A stretch of DNA of 64,000 nt from an uncultured Chlamydiales bacterium (lineage in GTDB: Bacteria; Chlamydiota; Chlamydiia; Chlamydiales; FEN-1388), in contig CAWAUW010000002.1 in the NCBI GenBank assembly GCA_963785335.1, positions 78,167 through 142,166 of the forward strand. Direction: 5' to 3'. Positions within the stretch are counted from its first letter, which is position 1. Each line of letters opens with the position of its first letter. The notes under the pieces were generated by a model that was not told the origin of the DNA, ran no database searches, and saw only the letters and a program-made list of their open reading frames with translations. This document shows, piece by piece, positions 1 through 8,862 of the stretch. The translations under genes were made by a program, and so were the position numbers.

Positions 1-462
1 CAGGCCCAGATAGCGCACCTTGCCTTGCTGAATAAGTGAAGCCATGACGCCTATTACATCTTCAATAGGAACTGCTGGATCGATTCGATGTTGATACAGA
101 AGGTCAATACAGCTAACACCAAGGCGTTTTAACGACCCGTCTACTGCCTCAATAATATGCTTGGGTTCACTCGTAACACCCGACATGGCGCCATTTTTTT
201 CAATACGAAAGCCAAACTTTGTGGCTATGATTACTTTATCGCGAATGTTCTTGAATGCCTTGCCAAGTAGCTCTTCGTTAGTATATGGCCCATACATTTC
301 TGCGGTGTCAAAAAAAGTAATGCCTTTGTCAACTGCGTGGTGAAGTGTTGCGATGGATTCTGCATCATCAAATGTGCCATATGACTGGCTCATGCCCATA
401 CAACCGAGGCCAAGTTCAGAAACTTCAAGTCCTTGCGATCCAAGCTTGCGTTTTTTTAACAT
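1..462 (-). CDS. aldo/keto reductase, N-terminal part; the C-terminus lies beyond the window edge
   Basis: Minus-strand ATG at 460-462 opens a frame that stays open to position 1. It is absent from the ORF track because there is no stop in the window. Translation reads MLKKRKLGSQGLEVSELGLGCMGMSQSYG...GITFFDTAEMYGPYTNEELLGKA...LKRLGVSCIDLLYQHRIDP, a typical AKR N-terminus. Confidence 0.85.
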   Translation of the reverse strand, partial: MLKKRKLGSQGLEVSELGLGCMGMSQSYGTFDDAESIATLHHAVDKGITFFDTAEMYGPYTNEELLGKAFKNIRDKVIIATKFGFRIEKNGAMSGVTSEPKHIIEAVDGSLKRLGVSCIDLLYQHRIDPAVPIEDVIGVMASLIQQGKVRYLGL

Positions 463-536
463 AGGGGACTCCATAGTATTAATGAGTTACTATATGGGGT
501 GGAAACAAAATTTTGCAACTGACAATGGGATTAGTG

Positions 537-1604
537 CTAGTTGTTAAGCCATGCTGGAATAACGGGGTGGTCTCCAATGATTTTATTGAAATCAGCTAAA
601 GTAGGTTTTTCAAGTTCAAAAAGTGCAATGAGACTTGAGTTTTTAGAGGCTTGTGCAAGGCTGAAAGGAGTTTCTCCTTTAGAATTTTTTGCGAATTTAT
701 CAGCACCTTTTTGCAAAAATACAAAGCATTCAAAGATGGCAATAAGATTTTCCTTTGTAAATTCGACAACTGCATCATGAAGTACCGTGCGACCTGTAGT
801 TGGCATAACATAGGTAACAACTTTTTCGTGTGTTGTATAGAAGGCAAAAACTTTGTTATATATATCGCTATGATTTTCTTCGATCTGATCAAGAAATCTA
901 GGACAAGCTTTATAAAAATCTACCCAAAACGTTGGATATTCCAAAAAATCTATTAATGAATCTAGATTATACTCTTTTGCAAGTTCAAAAAGAGTGGCTT
1001 TGCAAGGCTTTTCATGGGTAAATAGTCGAAAAAGGAGTTCATTTTCCAGATCAAGTGCAAGCATAAAGGGAGTTATTTGTTCTGAATTAATAAATTCCTT
1101 GTCTAGGCCTGCCTCAAGTAGACAAGTGATAAGTACGAGCAACCGATCTGTCAACTTAGGCTCTTTTTTCAAGTATTTAAGGGCAATGTGCAAAGGAGTA
1201 CTGAAGGTTACCTCATGTATTTGAGGCATGTGCCCCAACATTGACTGAGTTGTTTCATAGGATATGCCAAGAGCCCGCCAAATATGATAATTGAATACTT
1301 GTGTATCGGGATCAACAACTTCAATACTGTTATTGTTAACATTATTGTTATTAACAGTTTCATTATTGTTATTGCTGTTAATAACATTATTGTTATTATT
1401 TACTGATGTAACAACTCTTCTCTGAGTTGGGGGAGATATTCTCTCATCTTGAATCCATTCATAGACATTCACTAGGGGAACTTCTGCGGTGCGAACTTGG
1501 GCCTCTCGCCCATCAATTGTGAGAGTACCAAATGCTGCATTTACGTCATATTCTTCGGGGCGAGGGGTCGATGGTCGAGATGATGGCGATCTTGAGGGTT
1601 CCAT
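537..1604 (-). CDS. ankyrin-repeat protein with an Asn-rich low-complexity tract
   Basis: 355-aa ORF with GGAG upstream of the ATG. ANK-like repeats are present (TPLHIALKY...LLEAGLD; GRTVLHDAV...LQKGADKFAKNSKGETPFSLA). Poly-Asn segment: NNNNNVINSNNNNETVNNNNVNNNS. Confidence 0.8.
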   Translation of the reverse strand: MEPSRSPSSRPSTPRPEEYDVNAAFGTLTIDGREAQVRTAEVPLVNVYEWIQDERISPPTQRRVVTSVNNNNNVINSNNNNETVNNNNVNNNSIEVVDPDTQVFNYHIWRALGISYETTQSMLGHMPQIHEVTFSTPLHIALKYLKKEPKLTDRLLVLITCLLEAGLDKEFINSEQITPFMLALDLENELLFRLFTHEKPCKATLFELAKEYNLDSLIDFLEYPTFWVDFYKACPRFLDQIEENHSDIYNKVFAFYTTHEKVVTYVMPTTGRTVLHDAVVEFTKENLIAIFECFVFLQKGADKFAKNSKGETPFSLAQASKNSSLIALFELEKPTLADFNKIIGDHPVIPAWLNN

Positions 1605-1701
1605 AAAAGTTCTCCATTAGCATTAAGAGAAAAAATGATATCGATTACCACACTATGTTTGCAAGGCAAAGCTAAAAGATGCTCTCTCTTAGCCTTTTCG
1701 C

Positions 1702-2019
1702 CTAAAATCTATAGCGTCGTCGTTTTTCTCTTTTTTCTGCTTTACGATGGATAACTCTTAAGTTGAGCTCTTTTTTATCTTTCATAAGCTCTTCGTAGCC
1801 TTTAGGTAGGCTTTGAGCAAGAGGATGAGTTGGTAAAAGTATATTTTTGGCAATTTGGGCGCGACCACCCATGGCACAGTAGATATATAAAACTTCATCA
1901 GTTGGTAAATCTTGCGGAATTGCTTCTTTCAGCATGCTTAATGGACAGTGAATTGCCCCTTTGATATGGCCTTGATCCCATTCGTCTTTTTCGCGTACAT
2001 CTACATAAATACCTTCCAT
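1702..2019 (-). CDS. single-domain rhodanese (sulfurtransferase) with a basic C-terminal tail
   Basis: VDVREKDEWDQGHIKGAIHCP and the active-site loop CAMGGRA (CxxGxR). I chose the internal ATG at 2017-2019, 1 nt downstream of the rnr stop at 2021-2023. The longer ORF to 2109 would overlap rnr. Confidence 0.7.
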   Translation of the reverse strand: MEGIYVDVREKDEWDQGHIKGAIHCPLSMLKEAIPQDLPTDEVLYIYCAMGGRAQIAKNILLPTHPLAQSLPKGYEELMKDKKELNLRVIHRKAEKREKRRRYRF

Positions 2020-2020
2020 A

Positions 2021-4312
2021 TTAACGCCCTCTTCTTTTGCTGCGGTTTTTATCTTTTTTTGGCCTTTGTGATCTAATGTCTGGTCTTTTCTTAGGCAAAC
2101 TTTGCCCACCTTCCATATCTGAATGGGAAATAAGCTGCCAAGAGCAGTCCTGCAGGATAAAATCGATATGCCGTACTGATACGCTCACTTTATCACCTGC
2201 TTTATAACTTAAGCCTTTATAGCGGCCTAAAAGCATCATTTCTTTTTCACTATAGTCAAAAAAGTCTTCATCAAGCTCAGACACATGCAAAAAGCCTTCT
2301 AGCATAAATTCAAGCACATCAAAATATATGCCAAATGGCTTTACGCGGGTAACTACGCCCTCAAAGGTGCGATAACGCTCATGCTGACAACTTGCCGAAA
2401 GAAGCCTTAACTTCTTTAAGAAGGTGACTCCACCTTCGGCTCTTGCAGAAATACGCTCTCTTTCTGAGGCATCATCACTTATTGCCTGAAGCTTGTCGCG
2501 GTCTATATTGCCTTCAAAAAGTAATCGATGAATTATTGTATCAACATAGCGTCGAATGGGGCTTGTAAAGTGAGTATAATGCTCGAGGCTAAGTCCATAA
2601 TGGCCAATGTTGTCAGGGGAGTAGCAGGCAAGGCGCATACTGCGGATATAACATGTGGCAAGATACTGTGCAGATCGTCCTTCGTCAAGTTCAGAAAAGA
2701 AGGCTTGAATATCTTGTGGAGTAGGATCTTGTGGCAAATTATACCCAAAAGCGCAAGCAAGAGTGGCAAATTCGCGAAGTGATTCTTTGGCAGGCTCTTC
2801 GTGCACTCTAAAAGTAGCATTTTTGCCTTGTTTTGTAAGGGCAATGGCTACAGTTTCGTTTGCTTTAAGCATAAATTCTTCGACTAGCTGGTGCGTAATG
2901 TCATACTCAATGATTTCTGTACCAAAAGGCACTCCTGATTCGTCTACCTTTACTTTAAATTCGGGCATAAAAAGCTGCACGCTACCACGCTCTGAGCGTT
3001 TTTTCTTTAGCAAGTAGCAAAGCTCAAGCATTTGGTGCAATTTTGGCTTGTGGATACTTTCTAATTCGCCATCTAGTACTTTTTTGGCCTGTTTGTACGT
3101 AAAGCGTTTTTGACTTTTGATTACGCTGCGTACTATACGATACTCTTTTACATCGCCCTGATCATCGATATGGATAAACACGCTCACAGTAAGACGCAAA
3201 ACACCTTCTCGCAGCGAGCAGAGATTGTCTGACAACTCTGAAGGCAGCATGGGTATGCATTTACCAGGAAAGTATGTTGAATTGCAGCGTAAAGAGGCTT
3301 CACGATCTAATGCGGACTTATCTTTTACATAGTGCGATACATCAGCAATATGTACGCCAAGTACATATAATCCTTTTTGCATTTCAAGAGAGATGGCATC
3401 GTCATAGTCTTTTGCAGTATCTGGGTCGATAGTAAAGCATTCAAGCTCTCTGAGATCTTCGCGGCCTTCAAGATCTTCCTTTTTAACGCGCGTGCCATAC
3501 GAAAGCGCTTCTTCAACAGCATCTTGAGGAAATTCAGTACGTAGTTCGTTTTCTAAAATTGCTGCAGGAATATCGGTAGCAGGATCTGATATGTTGCCGA
3601 TTATTTTTGAAAGCTCGCCCTGCGCGCCTTCTTCCTTATTTCCCCATTTATTAACATCAAGTAGCACCCTATCGCCAATAACGAGCTTTTTATCAATATT
3701 TGCTACTTCTACAGTGCGCTTTTCACCAAGCAAGCTGCAATAAGCAAAAGCTTTGTTATCTGCTACATCCGCAATGGTGCCAACGATGGTTTTACGTTTA
3801 CGGGAGATAATGGATAAGATTTTACCTTCTGGTCCTCTTTCGGAGACAGCTTCTAAATTAATGAGAACTTCAACGACATCGCCGTCAATAGCATCGTTTA
3901 CATAAGGTTTTGGGATAAAAACATCAGGGTCTTGAGAATTTTTAATAACAACAAAGCCAAAGCCTCTTGGGTGCATTTTGATGGTGCCCACGACTATTTT
4001 TTCTGTGACTTTATCATTTTCATCGGGAGCTACAAGTCTATTACCTGTTTCTGCTACTTTCCCGGCACCTTTAAGGTCTTTTAGCACTAGATCAAATATT
4101 TCAAGATGTTCAGGATGAATTTTTAGACGCTCAATGAGTGATTCTTTATCTTGAGGGGAATAGTGCCTTCCTTTGAGATACTCGTAGGTAACTTTAAGCA
4201 GGTTCTGGAAGAGACGTTCTTGTTTTGCGCTTCCCTTGTGAGCACTTGCGTTTTGAACGCTAACAGGAGAGCTTTGTGAAGTTTCGCCGCTTTTGCGACG
4301 TTTTTTGGGCAT
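2021..4312 (-). CDS. rnr: ribonuclease R (VacB/RNase II family)
   Basis: 763 aa. Cold-shock-like N-terminal region, RNB catalytic core (FTIDPDTAKDYDDAISL, HIADVSHYV, YFPGKCIPMLP, FTSPIRRYVD), C-terminal S1 domain and a Lys/Arg-rich tail. Confidence 0.95.
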   Translation of the reverse strand: MPKKRRKSGETSQSSPVSVQNASAHKGSAKQERLFQNLLKVTYEYLKGRHYSPQDKESLIERLKIHPEHLEIFDLVLKDLKGAGKVAETGNRLVAPDENDKVTEKIVVGTIKMHPRGFGFVVIKNSQDPDVFIPKPYVNDAIDGDVVEVLINLEAVSERGPEGKILSIISRKRKTIVGTIADVADNKAFAYCSLLGEKRTVEVANIDKKLVIGDRVLLDVNKWGNKEEGAQGELSKIIGNISDPATDIPAAILENELRTEFPQDAVEEALSYGTRVKKEDLEGREDLRELECFTIDPDTAKDYDDAISLEMQKGLYVLGVHIADVSHYVKDKSALDREASLRCNSTYFPGKCIPMLPSELSDNLCSLREGVLRLTVSVFIHIDDQGDVKEYRIVRSVIKSQKRFTYKQAKKVLDGELESIHKPKLHQMLELCYLLKKKRSERGSVQLFMPEFKVKVDESGVPFGTEIIEYDITHQLVEEFMLKANETVAIALTKQGKNATFRVHEEPAKESLREFATLACAFGYNLPQDPTPQDIQAFFSELDEGRSAQYLATCYIRSMRLACYSPDNIGHYGLSLEHYTHFTSPIRRYVDTIIHRLLFEGNIDRDKLQAISDDASERERISARAEGGVTFLKKLRLLSASCQHERYRTFEGVVTRVKPFGIYFDVLEFMLEGFLHVSELDEDFFDYSEKEMMLLGRYKGLSYKAGDKVSVSVRHIDFILQDCSWQLISHSDMEGGQSLPKKRPDIRSQRPKKDKNRSKRRGR

Positions 4313-4443
4313 ATTTTGTCTTGGTTAAGGTATTAAACTTTTAGTATAATTTTTACTATAAAGACAAATTATACCAGAATCCTGCCGAAAAGAAAAGGGT
4401 TTAATTTGTTTTTGATACATAGGCGAAGCCTTTGTGGCGTTGC

Positions 4444-4636
4444 TGCATAATTCACCACCGAGTCACAGAGCTCACTGAGATATTCGAGAAAACTGAGATT
4501 GCTTACCTAGACAATTAAGCAACTAAGACAGTATTCCGATTTGAAAATCTAGAGATTTAAATACCTAGTTGCCTATTAATTTTTCTCCCTATCTCATACA
4601 CCTCAGTGAGCTCAGTGACTCCGTGGTTATTTATGC
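4444..4636. repeat. long imperfect palindromic intergenic element (~190 bp)
   Basis: Left arm tgcataattcaccaccgagtcacagagctcactgaga pairs with right arm cctcagtgagctcagtgactccgtggttatttatgca. The inverted symmetry continues inward (tgagatattcgagaaaa / ttttctccctatctca). It ends 8 bp from the stop of the 4644 gene. Confidence 0.7.
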
Positions 4637-4643
4637 AACAAGG

Positions 4644-6527
4644 CTATTGTGGATTGCAGCAAACATTTGACCCAGCAACTGCAGGGCTTGCACCCGGCAC
4701 CTGGGAAGGACTTACGTTTGTGCAATTGTGCACGCTATTGTTGCAGCTTGTGTTAAAATATGTTTCTGTAAAACCGGCAAAAGAAAGAGAAATGCCTGAT
4801 CTTGAGCCCCATACGCTGTTACCTGAAAGGTGGTTAGCCTTTTGGTCTGCTACAACAATACCGTTTACAGTGTTGTCATAAACTAAGCAGTTTTCAATAG
4901 AATTTTTGTCGCCACCTGCGCCATTGTCAATAAAAATCCCGCTATCACCATTGAAGATATTGGAATTTTTGACTACGCAGCTGGTTGCATCAAGCAAATA
5001 AACGTTTACATTTGTGCCACCGGATATTTGGCATTCATCTAAAGTGATTTTGTCGCCCACTTCTATATACACCGTTCTTCCGTTGCTGCCTTTTATTATG
5101 CAGTCTCTTGCCACAAGGTTTGTATAAGGAGTGCAAGCAGGCATACCAAAGTGAACAGCTGCTGGTAAATAGCCATTGGGAATATCTAAAGAAGAGGTAT
5201 CTATCAGTAGATTTTCTAAAAGACATCCGCTGCCGCCAAGTATTAAAAATCCATCAAAGCCTTGCACCGCAGTTGTCTGTGTAAAATTTGAATTTTGTAT
5301 AGTAACATCATTTGCATTGTTGGTTGGATCGCAGCTTCCAAGCTGTACAATATTTAAGTTTGAAATAGGGGAGGCTACTGCAATGCAGTGGTCAATTAAA
5401 AGACCCGTTACATTAAGCACCTGAATGGTACCAAGCCAATTGGTAAATGTGTCATTTGTTACTATAATATCTCGTGAATCACCTTCAATATGGAGTCCAA
5501 AAGATGTTCTTGATGGATCAAAAGTCAGATCTGCACCTACAAATGCACAAGAGTCAATAGTTACACCGGTAGAGCCATTAATCCAAATTCCACCCCCATT
5601 TCCAGATCCTGCAAGAGTGGCAGGGCTTGGAAAGTTTATCTGAACGATGCCTTCATGAGCTTCTACGTGTGAGTACTGAACCAGTACATCTGATGAGTTT
5701 TCAATTTCAATACCGCGTGTGGTATTTTTGGTATAAATATTGTTAATGGTTGCCTTTTGTACATTAATCAAATGAACCGCTGCACTTGTAGGGGATCTGA
5801 AAATACTTGCGCCCTGTATAATATCATTTTCTAAGGTAAATTCTGATACATTTAAAGCTACAATACCTTGTGCTGCACTATCAGTTAATGTAAGGCTATG
5901 GTTTTCAAAATTTATACTTACGTTATCGGCGGTAACGGTAATAGCAGTTCCTGGTCCATTGTATGTTAAATCGCGTGTAACGCAGTATTTTCCTGGCGCT
6001 GTAATAATTATAGGCACATTGCTAATTGCCATTTCATTACTGCATGGAAACTGCGTCTCTAAAAACGTAAGAATTTCAGCAAGATCTCTTTTAATATCTA
6101 CACAGCAATTCTTAAATTCAGATTCAATTTTGCCAATATCACCGCAAATATCGCATTGACCAGAACTACCACTATGATTATGCGATACGTGCAAAACATC
6201 ATTTTGATAGGTCGCTGTAAGCAGCTGCTGCATAATTGAATGAGCTTTTCTTACCTTTTCAGGTGATGCATTTATACCAGCGCGAAGCACCATTTCCGTG
6301 CTTTTAAGAGCGGCTTTGATTTTATTTTGAATATCGGGATCTTTTATTTTTCTTCCCAATGTTTTGAGCTTGGCTCTTGATGCCTTAAGACTTGTAAGTG
6401 TTATAGGCGCATCTTTTTCACTTTTGGCTTTTGCACTTTCAGCAGTATCCGCCATGACCGTGGAGGCAGTACATACAGCTAATAGTACTGCTAAGAGGCT
6501 AAAATTTTTTCGAAAGTTGATGTTCAT
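4644..6527 (-). CDS. secreted parallel beta-helix repeat protein with conserved Cys motifs (paralog A, type 1)
   Basis: Signal peptide MNINFRKNFSLLAVLLAVCTASTVMA. Lys-rich helical region, CDICGDIG...CCVDIK...FPC motif, GKYCVT, then repeated NxxI/V beta-helix rungs. C-terminal FNTSCNNSVHNC...AGSNVCCNPQ. Start set at the ATG at 6527 (GAGGAA 6 nt upstream). Confidence 0.8.
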   Translation of the reverse strand: MNINFRKNFSLLAVLLAVCTASTVMADTAESAKAKSEKDAPITLTSLKASRAKLKTLGRKIKDPDIQNKIKAALKSTEMVLRAGINASPEKVRKAHSIMQQLLTATYQNDVLHVSHNHSGSSGQCDICGDIGKIESEFKNCCVDIKRDLAEILTFLETQFPCSNEMAISNVPIIITAPGKYCVTRDLTYNGPGTAITVTADNVSINFENHSLTLTDSAAQGIVALNVSEFTLENDIIQGASIFRSPTSAAVHLINVQKATINNIYTKNTTRGIEIENSSDVLVQYSHVEAHEGIVQINFPSPATLAGSGNGGGIWINGSTGVTIDSCAFVGADLTFDPSRTSFGLHIEGDSRDIIVTNDTFTNWLGTIQVLNVTGLLIDHCIAVASPISNLNIVQLGSCDPTNNANDVTIQNSNFTQTTAVQGFDGFLILGGSGCLLENLLIDTSSLDIPNGYLPAAVHFGMPACTPYTNLVARDCIIKGSNGRTVYIEVGDKITLDECQISGGTNVNVYLLDATSCVVKNSNIFNGDSGIFIDNGAGGDKNSIENCLVYDNTVNGIVVADQKANHLSGNSVWGSRSGISLSFAGFTETYFNTSCNNSVHNCTNVSPSQVPGASPAVAGSNVCCNPQ

Positions 6528-6549
6528 CCGCATTTCCTCAATAAAATTT

Positions 6550-8514
6550 TTATGGTGTGCAGCAAATATTTGATCCAGCAACAGCAGGAGAGGCTCCAGG
6601 CAATTGTGATGGACTTACACCAATACAGTTGGTGCTTGTGTTTTTACATGATGTATTAAAAAATAGCGCAGTTGTTGGTTCGCTACTTTCAATACCGAAA
6701 TTGCCATTAGCATGTACGCTATTGCCATTGATTTGATTTTTTTGCGCATACTGAGCAATCACAATTCCATTTTGAGCGTTATTGCTGATATCGCAAGTGA
6801 TAATAGCATTAGTATTTGCTCCTGGATTTATAAGAATGCCCGTACCAGTGCCTGCTGCATTTGTAATTGTTGAATCTTGAATAATGCATCCTTCAGCTCC
6901 AAAAATGCTCTGATGAAAGGTTGGGTCGACAGCCCCATCAAAAAAGACATTGGCCAAAGAAGCATCGGTAAATTGACTATTTGTAAAGGCAATGTAGGAA
7001 CCATTTTCAATAAACAAACCATACTGGTTTTCTCCTTTTACGATGCAAGAATCAGCTACAATATCGCTGAAAGCTAAAATAGGAGTACATACTACGTGAC
7101 CGTTAACAGCACAGCCTACATGTATGGCACCGGGAAAGTAGGGGTTTACATTGCCATCATTTACCGTGGTAACATCCACAATAACATTTTGTAACAGACA
7201 TCCTGAGCCATTCAAAAATAGCAGACCATCAAATCCTGGAACGGCTGTATTTTGGATAAAACTTGAGTTTTGTATTGTGATATCATTTGCAGCCGTTGTT
7301 GCAGTTCCTAGCTGCAACAAATTGCTGTTAGAAACAGGGGAGGCAACAGCCAAGCAGTCCTGAATCTGCATTCCAGTAACTTCATTTATGGTAAATGTGC
7401 TCATCCAGTTGTTAAAACTGCTTGTTTTAACCATAACAGCACTTGACGCGCCCTGTACCAAAATGGCGTTGGAGGCTTCGTTATTACCTGGAGCAAGTCC
7501 AGCGCCAGCAAATGTGCAGCTATCAACTACCACACTTGTTGAACCATCAATTAAAATACCAGCTCCTATACTTGCAGCTGTTGGTACAGATGTACCTTCA
7601 TGGGTATTTAGCAAAGAGTTTTGCACAAGTACATCGTTAGAATTTAGGATATGCACACCTTTTGTAGTGTTAAAGGTATATATGTTTTTAAGTGTTGCCT
7701 TTTGAACATCTATAAGAGATACAGCTGCACTTGTTGGCGTTTTAAAAATTGAAGATCCTTGGATGATGTCATTTTCGAGTGTAAACTCAGATACATCCTG
7801 TGCCAGAACGCCCACTGCAGTGCTATCGTTAATGGTAAGAGAGTGATTGTGAAAGTTTATGCTAACATTATTAGCAGCCACCGTAATAGCCGCGCCGGCT
7901 CCATTGTAGACTAGATTTGTTGTAACGCAGTATTTACCAGAAGTGCGTATGACTATAGGAACACTGGAAATTGCAATTGGGGCACTGCACGGAAAATCTG
8001 CTTCTAATACACTTAAAATATTAACAAGTCCGCTTGTAACGTCTTTACAGCAGCCAGAAACATCGGATTTAAGTTCGCTAAGATCTGAACAAATATCACA
8101 TGATGATGAAGAACTTGAAGAAGAGGTAGAAGAGGTAGAAGAAGAGGAAGAATCGCTGGAGCTACTTTTGTGATGACTTTTTTTCTGTTTTATCTTGCTT
8201 GTAGCCTTTTGAACAGCATTTAGAGCCTTTTTTACTGCTTCTGGTTTTGCCTTAGGACCTGCTTTAAGCACTGCAGTGGCATGCTTTAAAATACTGTGAA
8301 CCGCTTTTTTTGTGTTTGGATCAGCAATCTCTATAGACAACCTTTCAAGGCGAGGCACATCAAGTTCAAGTGTTGCAAAAGTGACTCTTTTTTGATCAAA
8401 GGCCTTGGAATGAGCTTTTGAAGCCTCTGGTGCAGCTTGCAATACTTGCGTAGTTGTAAAAATTGCAATAAGCACTGCTATAAAGTGGTATTTTTCTTGC
8501 GAAAAGATATTCAT
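6550..8514 (-). CDS. secreted parallel beta-helix repeat protein with conserved Cys motifs (paralog B, type 2)
   Basis: Signal peptide ending VLQA. 25-aa Ser tract. CDICSDLSEL...CCKDV...FPC, GKYCVT, beta-helix rungs, tail FNTSCKNTSTNC...AGSNICCTP. Three tandem ATGs lie at 8514/8517/8520 and the start choice is uncertain. The stop is 20 nt upstream of the paralog A start. Confidence 0.8.
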   Translation of the reverse strand: MNIFSQEKYHFIAVLIAIFTTTQVLQAAPEASKAHSKAFDQKRVTFATLELDVPRLERLSIEIADPNTKKAVHSILKHATAVLKAGPKAKPEAVKKALNAVQKATSKIKQKKSHHKSSSSDSSSSSTSSTSSSSSSSSCDICSDLSELKSDVSGCCKDVTSGLVNILSVLEADFPCSAPIAISSVPIVIRTSGKYCVTTNLVYNGAGAAITVAANNVSINFHNHSLTINDSTAVGVLAQDVSEFTLENDIIQGSSIFKTPTSAAVSLIDVQKATLKNIYTFNTTKGVHILNSNDVLVQNSLLNTHEGTSVPTAASIGAGILIDGSTSVVVDSCTFAGAGLAPGNNEASNAILVQGASSAVMVKTSSFNNWMSTFTINEVTGMQIQDCLAVASPVSNSNLLQLGTATTAANDITIQNSSFIQNTAVPGFDGLLFLNGSGCLLQNVIVDVTTVNDGNVNPYFPGAIHVGCAVNGHVVCTPILAFSDIVADSCIVKGENQYGLFIENGSYIAFTNSQFTDASLANVFFDGAVDPTFHQSIFGAEGCIIQDSTITNAAGTGTGILINPGANTNAIITCDISNNAQNGIVIAQYAQKNQINGNSVHANGNFGIESSEPTTALFFNTSCKNTSTNCIGVSPSQLPGASPAVAGSNICCTP

Positions 8515-8654
8515 CATCATCTTCCTTTTCTAGATATGTAAAATATTGGACAGGCAAGGCAAAATATGCGCCAGATCCCATATTACGCACAATGAACAAT
8601 CAGGCAATAAATTTGAACTATTATTTTATATTTTTTCCTCAGAAGCACGAGTTA

Positions 8655-8850
8655 GGTGCCCGGTCCAATCCCGTTCACTTAATCAAAATTTCAAGGCGAT
8701 AAAAATGATAGAACGATAGGAACGATAAAACGATGAAACATAAAAAACAAATTGTTGATAGCTTATCCAACGCTAAAACTAGGACAGCTCTTTTTCTTTT
8801 TCATCGTTTTTATCGTTCTATCGTTTTATCGTTTTATCGTTTTTACTATT
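8655..8850. repeat. palindromic intergenic element, GATAAAACGAT-word family
   Basis: Arms gcgataaaaatgatagaacgataggaacgataaaacgatgaaa (8697-8738) and ttcatcgtttttatcgttctatcgttttatcgttttatcgttttt (8800-8845). The centre and the left flank (ccgttcacttaatcaaaat) are homologous to the inner part of the 10439-10821 element. Confidence 0.75.
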
Positions 8851-8862
8851 AAAAGGTAGGGC

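Noticed and set aside
161-547. Two plus-strand ORFs (161-343 and 353-547) from the ORF track
   Set aside because: They are antisense to a clearly recognisable aldo/keto reductase frame that runs on the minus strand from 462 to the window edge. Their translations have no motif and are low-complexity.
541-1224. Several short ORFs on both strands inside the ankyrin-repeat gene
   Set aside because: They are overlapping or antisense frames within a 355-aa ORF that carries recognisable ANK repeats and a good RBS. These are typical AT-rich spurious ORFs.
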